Source of the DNA: Calditrichia bacterium
GTDB taxonomy: Bacteria > Calditrichota > Calditrichia > JAJRVZ01
Direction of reading: 5' to 3'
Assembly: GCA_963796965.1 (NCBI GenBank)
Contig: CAWCNS010000006.1
Coordinates: forward strand, 64,001 to 128,000
DNA: 64,000 bases
How positions within the stretch are numbered: position 1 is the first letter of the stretch; every line of letters begins with the position of its first letter. The position numbers and the translations under genes were made by a program. The notes under the pieces are model-generated. The model was not told the DNA's origin. It ran no database searches and saw only the letters and a program-made list of their open reading frames with translations. Positions 50,305 through 59,929 of the stretch are shown piece by piece.

Positions 50305-51891
50305 ATGTATAAAATATTAGTTGCCGATTCGCTACCCAAAGACATCCTCGAGAAATATAATAAATCTGATAATATAATCGTTGACAACAAATCCGGAATA
50401 TCTAAAGAAGAACTGATGGATATTCTTCCGGAATATGATGGTCTAATTGTTCGCAGCCGGACAAAAGTTACTGCTGATGTGCTGGAAAAAGCTGATAAAC
50501 TAAAAGTTATTGGCCGTGCCGGCGCCGGTGTTGATAATATTGACACAGAAGAATCTACCAACCGCGGAATCATTGTAATGAACACACCTGGTGGTAATAC
50601 TATCGCCGCAACCGAACATACGGTGGCAATGATGTTGGCGCTGATGCGTAATATACCCAGGGCAAACATGTCTCTTCTCGATGAGAAATGGGATCGCAAA
50701 ACTTATATCGGCCACGAATTATTTGAAAAAACTATTGGCGTAATAGGACTTGGAAAAATTGGATATGGCGTAGCAAAAAGATTAAAAGCTTTTGATGTCA
50801 GTTTACTCGTCTATGATCCGATAGTCAGCAAAGATCTGGTAGACCAGTTGGGTGCAAAACTTGTTGAGTTGGATGAACTTCTCGAAAGATCTGATATCAT
50901 TACTGTCCATGCACCAAAAATGAAAGAGACCATTGATTTAATCAATAAAGACAAGCTGGAGAAATGCAAAGATGGTGTCATACTCGTAAATTGTGCCCGG
51001 GGCGGTATTGTTAATGAATCTGATCTTCTTGCCGCTCTAGAAACCGGCAAAGTTGCCGGAGCTGCGCTTGATGTATATTCTTCGGAACCCCCCACAGACT
51101 TCGCCTTGGCTAAACATGAAAAAGTTGTCGCAACACCTCATCTTGGAGCCTCCACCGAAGAGGCTCAGGTCAAAGTAGCAGATATGGTTCTTGATCAAAT
51201 GATCGAATATTTCGAAAAGAATGTGGCCAGACATGCCGTAAATTTTATTTCTGTTGATGAAGATATTCAACCGAAAATTGCACCTTATTATGTATTAGCC
51301 GAAAGGTTGGGTAAAATATTTAGTCAGGCCAAACAAAGCCGGCTTAAAGAAGTTTCCATTCGTTTTTATGGGGACATAACCCAGTTACCGGTGGAACCTA
51401 TAGCAGCTCATTTGGTTGTTGGCGCTCTCAAAGGTGCAGAAACAGAAGTAGTAAATCCTGTTAATGCATTAGCAATTTGCCGGGATCGTGGAATTAGTAT
51501 TGAAATAGCAAAAAAAGACCTGGCTTTAACAAGCCACACTAATTTGATTGCCTGTGATTTTACTACAGAAGAAGGATTTTACCACTTTGCCGGTACAGTA
51601 TTTGCAAAAGATCAGCTCCATCTTACAGAATGTGGTGAATTTAGCTGCGACGGCAACCTGGAAGGTCACATGCTATTTGTTGAAAATGATGATATACCTG
51701 GTGTTGTTGGTCAGCTTGGTGCAGTACTGGCCAATTTCGATGTGAACATTGGTCATCTTTCCCTTGGACGAATTAAAGATAAAAACATTGCCCTCAATGT
51801 TTTTAATCTGGATGCAGCCATTGGGGAGGGTGTGATAAAAGAGTTACTTGAAGTTAAGGGTGTAAGCCAGATATATATGGCAAACCTCTAA
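50305..51891 (+). CDS. serA: D-3-phosphoglycerate dehydrogenase (with ASB and ACT domains)
   Basis: GRAGAGVDNID, GLGKIG, NCARGG, TPHLGAST, NDDIPGVVG. Confidence 0.95.
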   Translation: MYKILVADSLPKDILEKYNKSDNIIVDNKSGISKEELMDILPEYDGLIVRSRTKVTADVLEKADKLKVIGRAGAGVDNIDTEESTNRGIIVMNTPGGNTIAATEHTVAMMLALMRNIPRANMSLLDEKWDRKTYIGHELFEKTIGVIGLGKIGYGVAKRLKAFDVSLLVYDPIVSKDLVDQLGAKLVELDELLERSDIITVHAPKMKETIDLINKDKLEKCKDGVILVNCARGGIVNESDLLAALETGKVAGAALDVYSSEPPTDFALAKHEKVVATPHLGASTEEAQVKVADMVLDQMIEYFEKNVARHAVNFISVDEDIQPKIAPYYVLAERLGKIFSQAKQSRLKEVSIRFYGDITQLPVEPIAAHLVVGALKGAETEVVNPVNALAICRDRGISIEIAKKDLALTSHTNLIACDFTTEEGFYHFAGTVFAKDQLHLTECGEFSCDGNLEGHMLFVENDDIPGVVGQLGAVLANFDVNIGHLSLGRIKDKNIALNVFNLDAAIGEGVIKELLEVKGVSQIYMANL

Positions 51892-52027
51892 GATTCCTCC
51901 AACAACTCGTGATGGTGAAAAGCAAAAGATTTTGCCCTTCATCATCTTTTATTTTTTTATCCAATAATCTAGTGTACCTGCTGGTTTCCCAAAAGTAAGT
52001 TCTTTTATCTATTAATCTGGGTTTGTT

Positions 52028-52256
52028 ATGATATCAAAAACATTTTTGTGGTGCTATTTGATTTTATTGACAACTTTTTCTCTATCCTATGGTGCTTCCG
52101 CTGAAACCGTATTGATAAGAAGCCAGAAAATGGACACCTCTTTACGAGCTATTATTATGTTCACGGATAATTACGGCGAGGGTGATATGCCTGTAGTTTA
52201 TCTGCCGCATGTATGGAGTTGTAGTTATCGGGATTGGTACGACAAAACCGAAATTA
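52028..52256 (+). pseudogene. Decayed 5' remnant of a secreted esterase (alpha/beta hydrolase)
   Basis: Signal peptide then SQKM...MPVVYLPHVWSCSYRDW, resembling PVVYLLHG.SG..RDW; truncated where the sfsA 3' end begins; no GxSxG. Confidence 0.55.
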
Positions 52257-52956
52257 ATCCAGTTTCCAGTGGATTTTCTCAACTAATTGAATCTCCTCAG
52301 GAACTACTTCTGCCCTATAAGCTATAATTTCTACCCCCTTCTTATAAACTTCTTTCAAACTTTTAGCATAGAGCTGCATCGATATGAGCCGCAGGCTTAA
52401 AATGATTTCCATCATTTCGTTGTATCACATAAAACATCACTGCCCTATGCCCCTCCTTTACCATATCAGCCAATTCATACAGATGTTTCTGACCTCTCAC
52501 AGTGACTGAATCAGGGAAGTAGTAATCCCCATCTTCCTCAACAAGAGTTACATTTTTCACTTCTACATAGCAAGTTTTATTTTGGTCTTGGAGCAACAGA
52601 TCAATTCGACTGTTTTTGCCATATTTAACTTCACGTTTTATTTCATTATAGCCACTAAGTTCCGAAATTATTCCTTCCCGGATTGCCTCCTCAGCTATTC
52701 TGTTTGGTATGCCTGTGTTAATTCCTATCCAACACTTACCATTATGCACCATCTCCCAGGTATGAACATATTTTCTTTTGGGATTATCATGATAACTCAG
52801 ACGAACTTCCCATCCCTCCCCAACACAGGTCTTCATACTACCTGAATTTGGGCAATGAGCAGTGATAATCTCACCACTCTCCAGCTCAAAATCAGCCAAA
52901 AAACGTTTATAGCGTTTTATTAGTTTTCCGGGAATTAATGATGGTTTAAATATCAT
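52254..52956 (-). CDS. sfsA: Sugar fermentation stimulation protein / nuclease, frameshifted near 52372
   Basis: KRYKRFLAD, HCPNSGSM, SRIDLLL, YVEVKNVT, FPDSVT.RGQKHL. Removing one base restores LYAKSLKEVYKKGVEIIAYR to the stop at 52254. Confidence 0.92.
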
Positions 52957-52963
52957 AGTTTTT

Positions 52964-53040
52964 TACCACAATTTCACAAAGACAAAATAAGTAATTATAT
53001 CTTTGTACTCTTTGTGCCTTCCTAGTGACCTTTGTGGTTA
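52964..53040. repeat. Inverted cassette with about 9-bp periodic arms (CACAAAG / CTTTGTG)
   Basis: accacaatttcacaaagac ... ctttgtactctttgtgccttcctagtgacctttgtggtta. Confidence 0.6.
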
Positions 53041-54189
53041 AATTTCTTTTTCATTAATTTCAAATTTAATATTTCGTTTTTCTAGTTCATCCAGAAAAAG
53101 ATCGGGGGGAATTGAAATCTCCTGCCGAAGTACACCACGATCTTTGATACGTCCTTCAACCAACATTTCTAATGCGATAATTGCAGGATATGCCGTTGTT
53201 CTCATCATAGCTGTCAAATTATTTTTCTTGTCCCCATATTCTATCGCCTGATAAACATAAGTTATAGGCATTCCTTCTTTTTTGCCTTTAGCAGATACAC
53301 GGATCAAGGCGACATCTTCACCTTCAAGACTAAGAGTTTCTTCAAGCAAACGTTCGAATATTTCTCTTCTTGAAATTTTCTGTTTCTGAATTATCATTTT
53401 AGTTGGTTCAACAAATCCTAAATCAATCATCGCTTTAAGTAAATGACAATGCCCTGGATAACGGATGGTTTTATAATCTAGATTCTTTATCTTACCTTCA
53501 TAGGTATAGGGTAAAGTTGAGGCCCCCCCCGAAGTATAGAAAGCTTCTAAAGATCCGTACGGCGCCGGAAACTCGAGTGACTCAATACCCGTCATCGATT
53601 CTGTGGATTTAATTGCTCCATTCTGTAAAATAATTGCGTCTTCAATATATTCATTTATTAAACCTTTAACTGAAAAAATGAGCATATACTTTAGAGGTGT
53701 TTTAGGTTCAACAGGAAGACCTCCGACACGAATGGAAAGGTCCTCCACTTCATCCAACTGTTTAATGGCATGAGCAGCCACAACAGACACCATTCCAGGA
53801 GCTAATCCACAATCGGGAATTACGCCAACTCCTGCCTCACGTGCCTTCTGATTAAGTTTAAACTGCCGTTCTACCACCAGATAATTTCCGCCCAGATCAA
53901 CGAAATGGCATCCTGTTTCAATAGCCCATTGGGTCAGATCATAATTATATTCATATGAAGCAGCACCTAATATGCCATCTACTTTGTTCATTAGTGAAAT
54001 CATTTGCTCACGATTTTTTGCATCTGCTTTATGTAATATAAGCCGGTCATCATTAAATTTATTTTTCATCTCAATGAGCGCCTGATCAGCTTGATCAGAG
54101 ATGTGAATTTCTGATATGGAGTTAAGATTGAGTAGGTCATTTACAGCCCCCATGGCCATACGTCCAGAACCGATAATAAGATATTTCAT
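53038..54189 (-). CDS. Saccharopine dehydrogenase / lysine 6-dehydrogenase family protein
   Basis: IIGSGRM Rossmann fold, DLGG, DCGLAPG, VGGLP, YKTIRYPGH, AMMRTT. Confidence 0.88.
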   Translation of the reverse strand: MKYLIIGSGRMAMGAVNDLLNLNSISEIHISDQADQALIEMKNKFNDDRLILHKADAKNREQMISLMNKVDGILGAASYEYNYDLTQWAIETGCHFVDLGGNYLVVERQFKLNQKAREAGVGVIPDCGLAPGMVSVVAAHAIKQLDEVEDLSIRVGGLPVEPKTPLKYMLIFSVKGLINEYIEDAIILQNGAIKSTESMTGIESLEFPAPYGSLEAFYTSGGASTLPYTYEGKIKNLDYKTIRYPGHCHLLKAMIDLGFVEPTKMIIQKQKISRREIFERLLEETLSLEGEDVALIRVSAKGKKEGMPITYVYQAIEYGDKKNNLTAMMRTTAYPAIIALEMLVEGRIKDRGVLRQEISIPPDLFLDELEKRNIKFEINEKEI

Positions 54190-54330
54190 AAATTCTTTCC
54201 TCAATTAATTTTCTATAAATCGTGAATCATTACGTGAGTTGTGGCTCATGGGGAAATGATATATATATTTTCAATATAAACCATGGGTATCAATGTGATT
54301 ATATACCGGTTCTCAACGTCCTAACTTGTT

Positions 54331-55083
54331 TTAGATATATCTTCGTTGTCGGACAACTTCAAAAAGTACAACGGCAGATGAAACGGAGGCATTTAGTGAA
54401 TCCAGTTTCCCGAATCCGGGTATTGAGATCACTTTATTAGATAGAGTAAGGAGGTTTTTCCGAACACCTCCCCCTTCACTGCCAATAATTAAGGCCAAGG
54501 GTAGATTAAAGTCAGTATTGAAAATTTCATTTTCCCCGTTAGGCGCCATTGCCATTACCTGGATATTCTGGTCTTGAATTTTTTGAATAAAGATTATCAA
54601 ATCAGAGGTGCGGCAAATATGACAATGAAAGATTGCCCCAGCAGAGGTTTTTGCAACCGTGTTTGTAATTACTGCGCTCCCCTTCTCGGGTAAAATAATT
54701 GCTGTTACACCTGCCACTTCAGCTGTACGGATAATAGCACCGAGATTGTGTGGATCTTGTATTTGATCCAAAATTAGAATAAAAGGTTTTTTTTCCTTTT
54801 TTATCTCAGCAAGTATATCAGCCTCAGAGAGATAGGTATAACTTTCAAGATAGGCCACAATTCCTTGATGCAATACAGGCCCACAATGGCGTTGCATATT
54901 TGATTTTTTTTCATAAGAAAAAATAATCTTTTTTTGCTGACATAAATTCAATATCGCCTGGGATTCCTTCCGTTCCAATTCCTTTGCCAAAATAATTTTA
55001 TTGATCCTTTGATTAGAGCGCAACGCTTCTAATACCGGTTGTTTTCCATAAATAATAAATTCATTTTTGTCGAGATTATCCAT
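54331..55083 (-). CDS. rlmB: 23S rRNA Gm2251 2'-O-methyltransferase (SpoU family)
   Basis: IYGKQPVLEAL, HQG, LDQIQDPHNLGAIIRTA, IGSEG, SLNASV. Confidence 0.9.
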   Translation of the reverse strand: MDNLDKNEFIIYGKQPVLEALRSNQRINKIILAKELERKESQAILNLCQQKKIIFSYEKKSNMQRHCGPVLHQGIVAYLESYTYLSEADILAEIKKEKKPFILILDQIQDPHNLGAIIRTAEVAGVTAIILPEKGSAVITNTVAKTSAGAIFHCHICRTSDLIIFIQKIQDQNIQVMAMAPNGENEIFNTDFNLPLALIIGSEGGGVRKNLLTLSNKVISIPGFGKLDSLNASVSSAVVLFEVVRQRRYI

Positions 55084-55314
55084 TTGAAATTTCCTTAATA
55101 CCGAATTAGTTCTTCAGTTCTCTCAGGAAGAAAAAGAGGAACATCAATTCCCAATATTTTTGAACATTAAATTTATCGGTTGGATAAATCAAAATCCATT
55201 ATTGAATTATTTTGAAATTTACTACTTCAAAACAGATAACACTAATAGGGATAAAATGGTAATAATGTAACAGCGAGCATATTTTCCTTGTATTTACTTT
55301 TAAAATTTGTATAT

Positions 55315-55332
55315 TGAATGAGTACTCATTCA
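55315..55332. promoter_or_regulatory. FadR (TetR-type) operator palindrome
   Basis: Perfect 18-bp palindrome TGAATGAGTACTCATTCA, abutting a TTGTAT-16-TATATT promoter; matches the Bacillus subtilis FadR (YsiA) box pattern. Confidence 0.85.
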
Positions 55333-55342
55333 TTTTTGAAAT

Positions 55343-55927
55343 ATGGCACGAACTAATAATAAAAAAGAATTAATCATCAATGCTGCAATAAAAGTATTTG
55401 CAAGAAAAGGCTTTTATAATGCAAATGTTGCCGACGTTGCAAAAATGGCTGGCGTAGCCGATGGTACTATTTATTTATATTTTAAAAATAAAGATGACTT
55501 ACTCATCTCCCTTTTCGAGACTAAAATGGAAGAGGTGCTGCAACAATTCTCGGCTAGTCTGAATACCGAATCTTCACCGGAAAACAAATTATGCAAATTC
55601 ATTCACCTTTATTTTCGAATGATTGAAGAAGATCCGGATCTTGCTGAAGTTTTTCAGGTTGAATTACGGCAATCAAGTAAATTTCTTAAGGATTATCACA
55701 ATCAAAAATTTATTGATTTTCTAAATTTGATTGGTAATATCATTTATGAAGGTCAGGAAAAGGGACAATTCAGACAGGATATCAATATTCATAATATGAA
55801 AATTGTCATTTTTGGTGCTTTAGATGAACTTGCCAGACAGTGGATCCTGACTCAAGACACAAAACATGATTTGAAAAAAACAGCTGATGAAACATCTGAG
55901 ACTTTCATTAAAGGTCTGTCCAACTAA
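55343..55927 (+). CDS. fadR: TetR-family fatty acid degradation regulator (YsiA/FadR-like)
   Basis: AGVADGTIYLYFKNKDDLLISLF HTH; VFQVELRQS; heads the beta-oxidation operon. Confidence 0.85.
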   Translation: MARTNNKKELIINAAIKVFARKGFYNANVADVAKMAGVADGTIYLYFKNKDDLLISLFETKMEEVLQQFSASLNTESSPENKLCKFIHLYFRMIEEDPDLAEVFQVELRQSSKFLKDYHNQKFIDFLNLIGNIIYEGQEKGQFRQDINIHNMKIVIFGALDELARQWILTQDTKHDLKKTADETSETFIKGLSN

Positions 55928-56054
55928 TGGATATTCTTAGTATTCTTTTTATCGGGATACTAATGATGTGGTATATAAATTATCAACCCGGCTGAATCAA
56001 AGATTAAACTCCTCGATTCAGATTGGTTTAGAGAAATAAATTCGGAGGAATTAT

Positions 56055-57341
56055 ATGAAGAATGTTGTAATTGTTGATGGATTGCGAACACCCTTTGTCA
56101 AGGCCTGGACCGACTTTATGAAAATAGCCGCCCATGATTTAGGTTCGCTGGTTACAAGAGAACTTCTGGAAAGAAATAATATACCCGTGAATGAAATAAA
56201 TGAAGTTATCTTTGGTAATATCGCGCAACCACCAGAGGCTGCAAATGTCGCCCGAATTATTGCCTTGCAAGCAGGCATTCCCCAAAGCATTCCTTCTTTT
56301 ACCGTACAAAGAAACTGTGCCAGTGGGATGGAAGCCATAGCTAACGCCTATTATCGTATTCAAGCCGGAGAAGGTGATATGTATTTATCCGGGGGTACAG
56401 AATCCATGAGCCAAATCCCTCTTCTCTTTAATGAAGCAGCTACTAAATGGTTTGGTCAATTATCACGAGCAAAATCTGTCGGGCAACGTATGGGTACTTT
56501 TCTAAAATTTAAATTTGGATTTTTAAACCCGATCATTGGGCTAAAACTTGGATTAACGGACGGATTTTGTGGTCTTAATATGGGTGAAACAGCTGAAATA
56601 TTGGCCAAGGAATTCAATATTAGCCGTGAGGCGCAAGATGAATTTGCCATGATCAGCCATAACAGGGCTGAAAAGGCAACCAAAGAGGGAATATTCAGGG
56701 AAGAGATCGTTCCGGTCCCCGTGCCACCGAAATTTGAACAGATGCTGGATGAGGACAATGGTATCCGAGAAGGGCAGAATATGGAAGCTCTTGCAAAATT
56801 AAAGACCGTTTTCGACAGACAAAACGGAACCGTTACAGCAGGAAATGCAAGTCAAATTACTGATGGGGCAGCTGCTGTTTTGGTAATGACGGAAGAAAAA
56901 GCAAAGGAATTGGATCTACAACCTCTTGGTCGTATTCGTTCGTTCGCCTTTGCCGGATTGGATCCTTCGCGTATGGGATTAGGTCCCGCTTTCGCAACGC
57001 CCATTGCTCTGGACAGAGGCAGTGTAACGATGAATGATATTCAGTTAGTTGAAATAAATGAAGCTTTTGCAGCCCAGGTAATAGCTAATCTCAAGATATT
57101 TGAATCTGATGCATTATCAAAGAAGTATCTTAATCGGGAAAAAGCGGCTGGTTCAATAAATCAAGAGATATTAAATGTAAATGGAGGTGCCATAGCTTTA
57201 GGCCATCCTGTGGGTGCCTCCGCCACAAGATTAATCATCACTCTACTAAAAGAAATGAACAGAAGAGATCTTAATCTGGGTTTGGCCACACTCTGCGTCG
57301 GAGGAGGTCAGGGAGCAGCCTTTGTTCTGGAACGTAATTAA
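56055..57341 (+). CDS. fadI: Acetyl-CoA C-acyltransferase (3-ketoacyl-CoA thiolase)
   Basis: NCASG, NEAFAAQ, GHPVGA, LCVGGGQG. Confidence 0.88.
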   Translation: MKNVVIVDGLRTPFVKAWTDFMKIAAHDLGSLVTRELLERNNIPVNEINEVIFGNIAQPPEAANVARIIALQAGIPQSIPSFTVQRNCASGMEAIANAYYRIQAGEGDMYLSGGTESMSQIPLLFNEAATKWFGQLSRAKSVGQRMGTFLKFKFGFLNPIIGLKLGLTDGFCGLNMGETAEILAKEFNISREAQDEFAMISHNRAEKATKEGIFREEIVPVPVPPKFEQMLDEDNGIREGQNMEALAKLKTVFDRQNGTVTAGNASQITDGAAAVLVMTEEKAKELDLQPLGRIRSFAFAGLDPSRMGLGPAFATPIALDRGSVTMNDIQLVEINEAFAAQVIANLKIFESDALSKKYLNREKAAGSINQEILNVNGGAIALGHPVGASATRLIITLLKEMNRRDLNLGLATLCVGGGQGAAFVLERN

Positions 57342-57410
57342 ATAAATAGAAAATTAAAATCTAGATTCAATTGATCTATATGGGATCAAAAAATCAACAG
57401 ATTTTTTAAC

Positions 57411-57439
57411 GTAGAGACATCTCGACGGGACGTCTCCAC
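57411..57439. repeat. REP-like GTAG palindrome
   Basis: GTAGAGACATCTCGACGGGACGTCTCCAC imperfect hairpin starting with GTAG. Confidence 0.65.
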
Positions 57440-57515
57440 AGATGCAAAAAATTATAATTATTCGCTGCGTCTCCGCGAGAGAGAACTATAATGTTAAGTA
57501 ACATTTCTGAGAGGA

Positions 57516-59684
57516 ATGATTGACATGGACAAAGCTTTCCAGCTGGAAATAACAGATGATAATATCGGAATTCTCACTTTTGATCTGCCAGGCGAAAAAG
57601 TAAATAAATTTAGTACGCCGGTTGTCCAGGAATTTGAAGCGATATTGGATGATCTTCAAAAGAATACTGAATTAAAATGTTTGCTAATCATGTCCGGGAA
57701 AAAGCGAATTTTCATTGCCGGTGCTGATATCAAAGAAATTGTTAATGTTACTGATCCTGACGTGGGATATGAAGTTTCAAAAAAAGGACATGAGGTTTTT
57801 GGTAAAATTGCTTCTCTTCCTTTTCCTACTATTTCGGTCATTAATGGCGCTTGCATGGGAGGTGGTACAGAAATGTCCCTCGCGTGCACCTATCGGTTGG
57901 CCAGTGATAGCCCAAACACAAAAATCGCCTTGCCCGAAGTCAATATTGGTATTTTTCCAGGTTGGGGTGGGTCTCAACGATTACCTCGTTTAATTGGACT
58001 TCAACGAAGTCTGGATGTCATTCTTACAGGTCGAAACCTCGATGGACGTCGTGCCTATCGTTATGGAATTGCTGACAAAATAATACCAAAGGAATTAGTC
58101 AAAGATGCTGCAATTAAATTCGCCCATGATGTTATAAATGGTGTAGATGTTCTGGCTAAATCACGCTCCCGCCGGAAACAAAAGGGTCTATTTACTTTCA
58201 TTCTGGAAAAGAATCCCGTGGGTCGTGCTCTGCTATTTAAGCAAGCAAAAAAATCTGTACTAAAGAAAACAAAGGGACAGTATCCAGCGCCCTTGGAGGC
58301 TTTAAAGGCTGTCAGGAAAGGTTATGGTAAATCACTCACGCGCGGCCTTGAAATTGAGGCCAGAATTTTTGGTAATATTATTGGGTCCCCAATATCCAAA
58401 AATTTGATTAAAATATTTTTCTGGACGGAGGCTGTTAAAAGGGAAAACGGAACCACAAAACCTGATGTGCAGATAGTGCCAGTAAATAAAGCGGCCAGTC
58501 TTGGTGCCGGGGTGATGGGAGGTGGAGTGGCCCAGCTTTTCGCCAGTAGGAATATCCCCATTCGGGTAAAAGATATAAATTATGATGCTGTATCTAAAGC
58601 ATATCAACAAGCAGCGGGCGTGTTAAATGGCAAGTTAAAGAGAAGACGAATAACTAAACTGGAATTTCAACATATTCTGGGCATGATTACAAGCACCATA
58701 AATTACTCAGGTTTTGCTTCTGTTGATTTTATTGTTGAAGCGATTATTGAAGATTTAGACCTCAAAAAAAAGGTCTTTTCCGAATTGGAGAATCATATCT
58801 CAGAAGAGACCATTGTGGTATCAAACACATCCTCTCTGAGAATCGATGATATGGCAGATGCCTTCAAACACCCACAACGATTTGCTGGTATGCATTTCTT
58901 TAATCCGGTACATCGCATGCCCTTAGTAGAAGTAATACGCGGCAAAAGTACCAGTGATGAAACAATTGCCACAACCTTCCAGTTAGCAAAAAAACTTGGT
59001 AAAACACCCATTGTTGTTGGTGATGGTCCCGGCTTTTTAGTAAACCGTCTTCTAATGCCCTACATGGTTGAAGCTGTATCACTTCTTGAGGAAGGATTTT
59101 CCTTGGAAGTAATTGATCATACTATGGAAAATTTTGGAATGCCGATGGGACCCTTCGAATTGTTTGATGAAGTGGGAATCGATGTTGCAAATAAAGTATC
59201 TCATATTCTGGCGGAGACCATGGGTGATCGGATGGCTGAATCTGATCTGATTGAAAACATGGTTAAGGATGGCCGGTTAGGTAAGAAAAATGGTAAAGGA
59301 TTTTATAGATATGCGGGCAAAAAGAAAATTAATGATCCCACTGTGTCATCGTATGTTACACCAAAGGAAAAAACAGAATTATCTTCCGAGGAATTAGTCG
59401 AACGAATGATTTATCCGATGATCAATGAAGCCAGCAGATGTTTAGAAGAAAAAATTGCAAGCCGTCCTCAGGATGTTGATTTAGGTATGATTTTCGGAAC
59501 AGGCTTTGCACCTTTCCGTGGCGGGTTGCTGAGTTATGCAGATACAGAATCTATCTCAAAGGTATATGATAAATTATCATCATTTGCTGAGTTGTATGGA
59601 GATAGATTTAAACCATCTGTACCTCTCAATACAATAAATAAGTCCGGTAAAGGTATTTATGATTTTTACCAACGCGATAAGTAA
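57516..59684 (+). CDS. fadJ: Multifunctional enoyl-CoA hydratase / 3-hydroxyacyl-CoA dehydrogenase
   Basis: FIAGADI, GGGTE, LPEV; LGAGVMGGG, SNTSS, GMHFFNPV, GFAPFRGG. Confidence 0.9.
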   Translation: MIDMDKAFQLEITDDNIGILTFDLPGEKVNKFSTPVVQEFEAILDDLQKNTELKCLLIMSGKKRIFIAGADIKEIVNVTDPDVGYEVSKKGHEVFGKIASLPFPTISVINGACMGGGTEMSLACTYRLASDSPNTKIALPEVNIGIFPGWGGSQRLPRLIGLQRSLDVILTGRNLDGRRAYRYGIADKIIPKELVKDAAIKFAHDVINGVDVLAKSRSRRKQKGLFTFILEKNPVGRALLFKQAKKSVLKKTKGQYPAPLEALKAVRKGYGKSLTRGLEIEARIFGNIIGSPISKNLIKIFFWTEAVKRENGTTKPDVQIVPVNKAASLGAGVMGGGVAQLFASRNIPIRVKDINYDAVSKAYQQAAGVLNGKLKRRRITKLEFQHILGMITSTINYSGFASVDFIVEAIIEDLDLKKKVFSELENHISEETIVVSNTSSLRIDDMADAFKHPQRFAGMHFFNPVHRMPLVEVIRGKSTSDETIATTFQLAKKLGKTPIVVGDGPGFLVNRLLMPYMVEAVSLLEEGFSLEVIDHTMENFGMPMGPFELFDEVGIDVANKVSHILAETMGDRMAESDLIENMVKDGRLGKKNGKGFYRYAGKKKINDPTVSSYVTPKEKTELSSEELVERMIYPMINEASRCLEEKIASRPQDVDLGMIFGTGFAPFRGGLLSYADTESISKVYDKLSSFAELYGDRFKPSVPLNTINKSGKGIYDFYQRDK

Positions 59685-59929
59685 TTGACATTAACCCAAT
59701 ATATTATTTCGCACAAAAATGCGAAGGCGCAAAGAATATTACAAAATTGATAATAAAAATTACAGAATATAAGCAAGGAGTCTTTTTCATAATATACTGT
59801 ATTTTTTATTGATTCTCTTTGCGGTCGCTGCAGCGCTCTTTGAAACGACCTTATAAATCAATTAAAATATTTCAATAACAGTAATTTTAGATTTTTCCAT
59901 ATTTATTATATCCGCCAGAGGAGAAAATC

